Source of the DNA: Myxococcales bacterium
Lineage (GTDB): Bacteria; Myxococcota; UBA727; JABDBI01
Direction of reading: 5' to 3'
Length of the DNA: 64,000 nucleotides
Assembly: GCA_023898405.1 (NCBI GenBank)
Contig: CP060221.1
Coordinates: forward strand, 4,958 to 68,957
Positions 63,435-64,000 of this stretch are shown here, piece by piece (position 1 is the first letter of the stretch; each line of letters starts with the position of its first letter). The notes under the pieces are model-generated. The model saw nothing but the letters and a program-made list of their open reading frames with translations. It did not search any database and was not told where the DNA came from. The position numbers and the translations under genes were made by a program.

Positions 63435-63537
63435 GGTTGCCCTGAGGTTTTTTTTAGGGTCTGTCCCTAATTTTCCATTATCGGGAACCCTTCTTGTCCT
63501 CGCCTTGCTGCGGGTGTTCAGAAATTAAAGGCTCAGT

Positions 63538-64000
63538 TAATTTCTGGGATTGGTATTATAGTTAGATAAAAAACAATGATTGTCATAAAAAAAGCCTGAA
63601 CCAGTAGGCACAGATGTATTTGTTGTCATACATATCAGCAATGTCATGCCCTCTGGCGAGATCCTACCTTTATGATAATCCATCTGACTCACATCTTTAC
63701 GCTTACTAGCTTTTTTTGCATCTCTAACGGCTTTTACAAGTATTTCACTGTTTATTCCATATTCAACAGCTTTAAGAAGGCCCAGAAGTGTTCTTTGGTT
63801 AAGCTGATCGCGTTTTTTATGTGTATTAAAATATGCCTTATCTCGTGCTACACAGTATGCTTTTTTACCGCAAAAGCCCTCTACTACATTATTAAGATCA
63901 ATACTTGCTATTTCACCCTCCAGACCACGAATTGTTTGTTCATCTTGAGGAGAGACGCTTACTGGTTTATTTTGAGGAAACTTTTTAATTTCATGCGGTT
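63538..64000 (-). CDS. hypothetical protein, C-terminal 154 codons (5' end beyond window)
   Basis: Open frame from window edge to TAA (complement of 63538..63540); translation read manually; no recognisable motif. Confidence 0.3.

Noticed and set aside
61938-63452. Possible target-site duplication for the IS
   Set aside because: Immediately flanking 9-mers differ (AGTTTTGCT vs GGTTGCCCT); only a displaced CCTGAG(G)TTTT similarity, which is not convincing
63444-63475. T8 run followed by AGGGTCTGTCCCT hairpin right of the IS
   Set aside because: U-tract precedes rather than follows the hairpin on the plus strand, and an A-tract follows it on the minus strand; not a canonical terminator
1-64000. 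CRISPR arrays, rRNA genes, additional tRNAs
   Set aside because: No regularly spaced direct repeats, no rRNA-like conserved stretches, and no further cloverleaf candidates found in intergenic regions on manual scan

Overview
This window is an AT-rich bacterial chromosomal segment with operon-dense coding on both strands and no rRNA or CRISPR. Core content is: (i) a 13-gene NADH:quinone oxidoreductase operon on the minus strand, with fused nuoCD (10380..24213); (ii) acs, a Ste24-like M48 protease, metG, tilS, ftsH, der, rnc and queG (31116..42954); (iii) a long plus-strand ribosomal-protein/translation supercluster, rpsL-rpsG-fusA-tuf-rpsJ-rplD...rplO-secY-adk-rpmJ-rpsM-rpsK-rpoA-rplQ (44178..61752), which conspicuously lacks rplC, rpsN, rpsD, infA and map at their canonical positions; (iv) a tRNA with anticodon CAT followed by a terminator and an apparently intact IS4/IS50-like insertion sequence with 31-bp perfect terminal inverted repeats (61951..63434). 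Accessory content: a 5' cluster (143..8048) of seven genes for signal-peptide/lipoprotein proteins, including an NlpC/P60 peptidase split by a frameshift and a signal-peptide-bearing PP2C-type phosphatase, followed by an AraC-family regulator (8647..9429); and a probable mobile-derived island between the nuo operon and acs (24396..31129) carrying an MFS transporter, a KfrA-like DNA-binding coiled-coil protein, a tyrosine recombinase, a predicted outer-membrane protein and a eukaryote-like F-box protein. With a Hanks-type Ser/Thr kinase at 42893..43831, this window thus encodes three eukaryote-like signalling domains (F-box, PP2C with export signal, eSTK), consistent with a host-associated or amoeba-associated lifestyle. 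All calls are from reading the sequence and the supplied translations; no database search was run.
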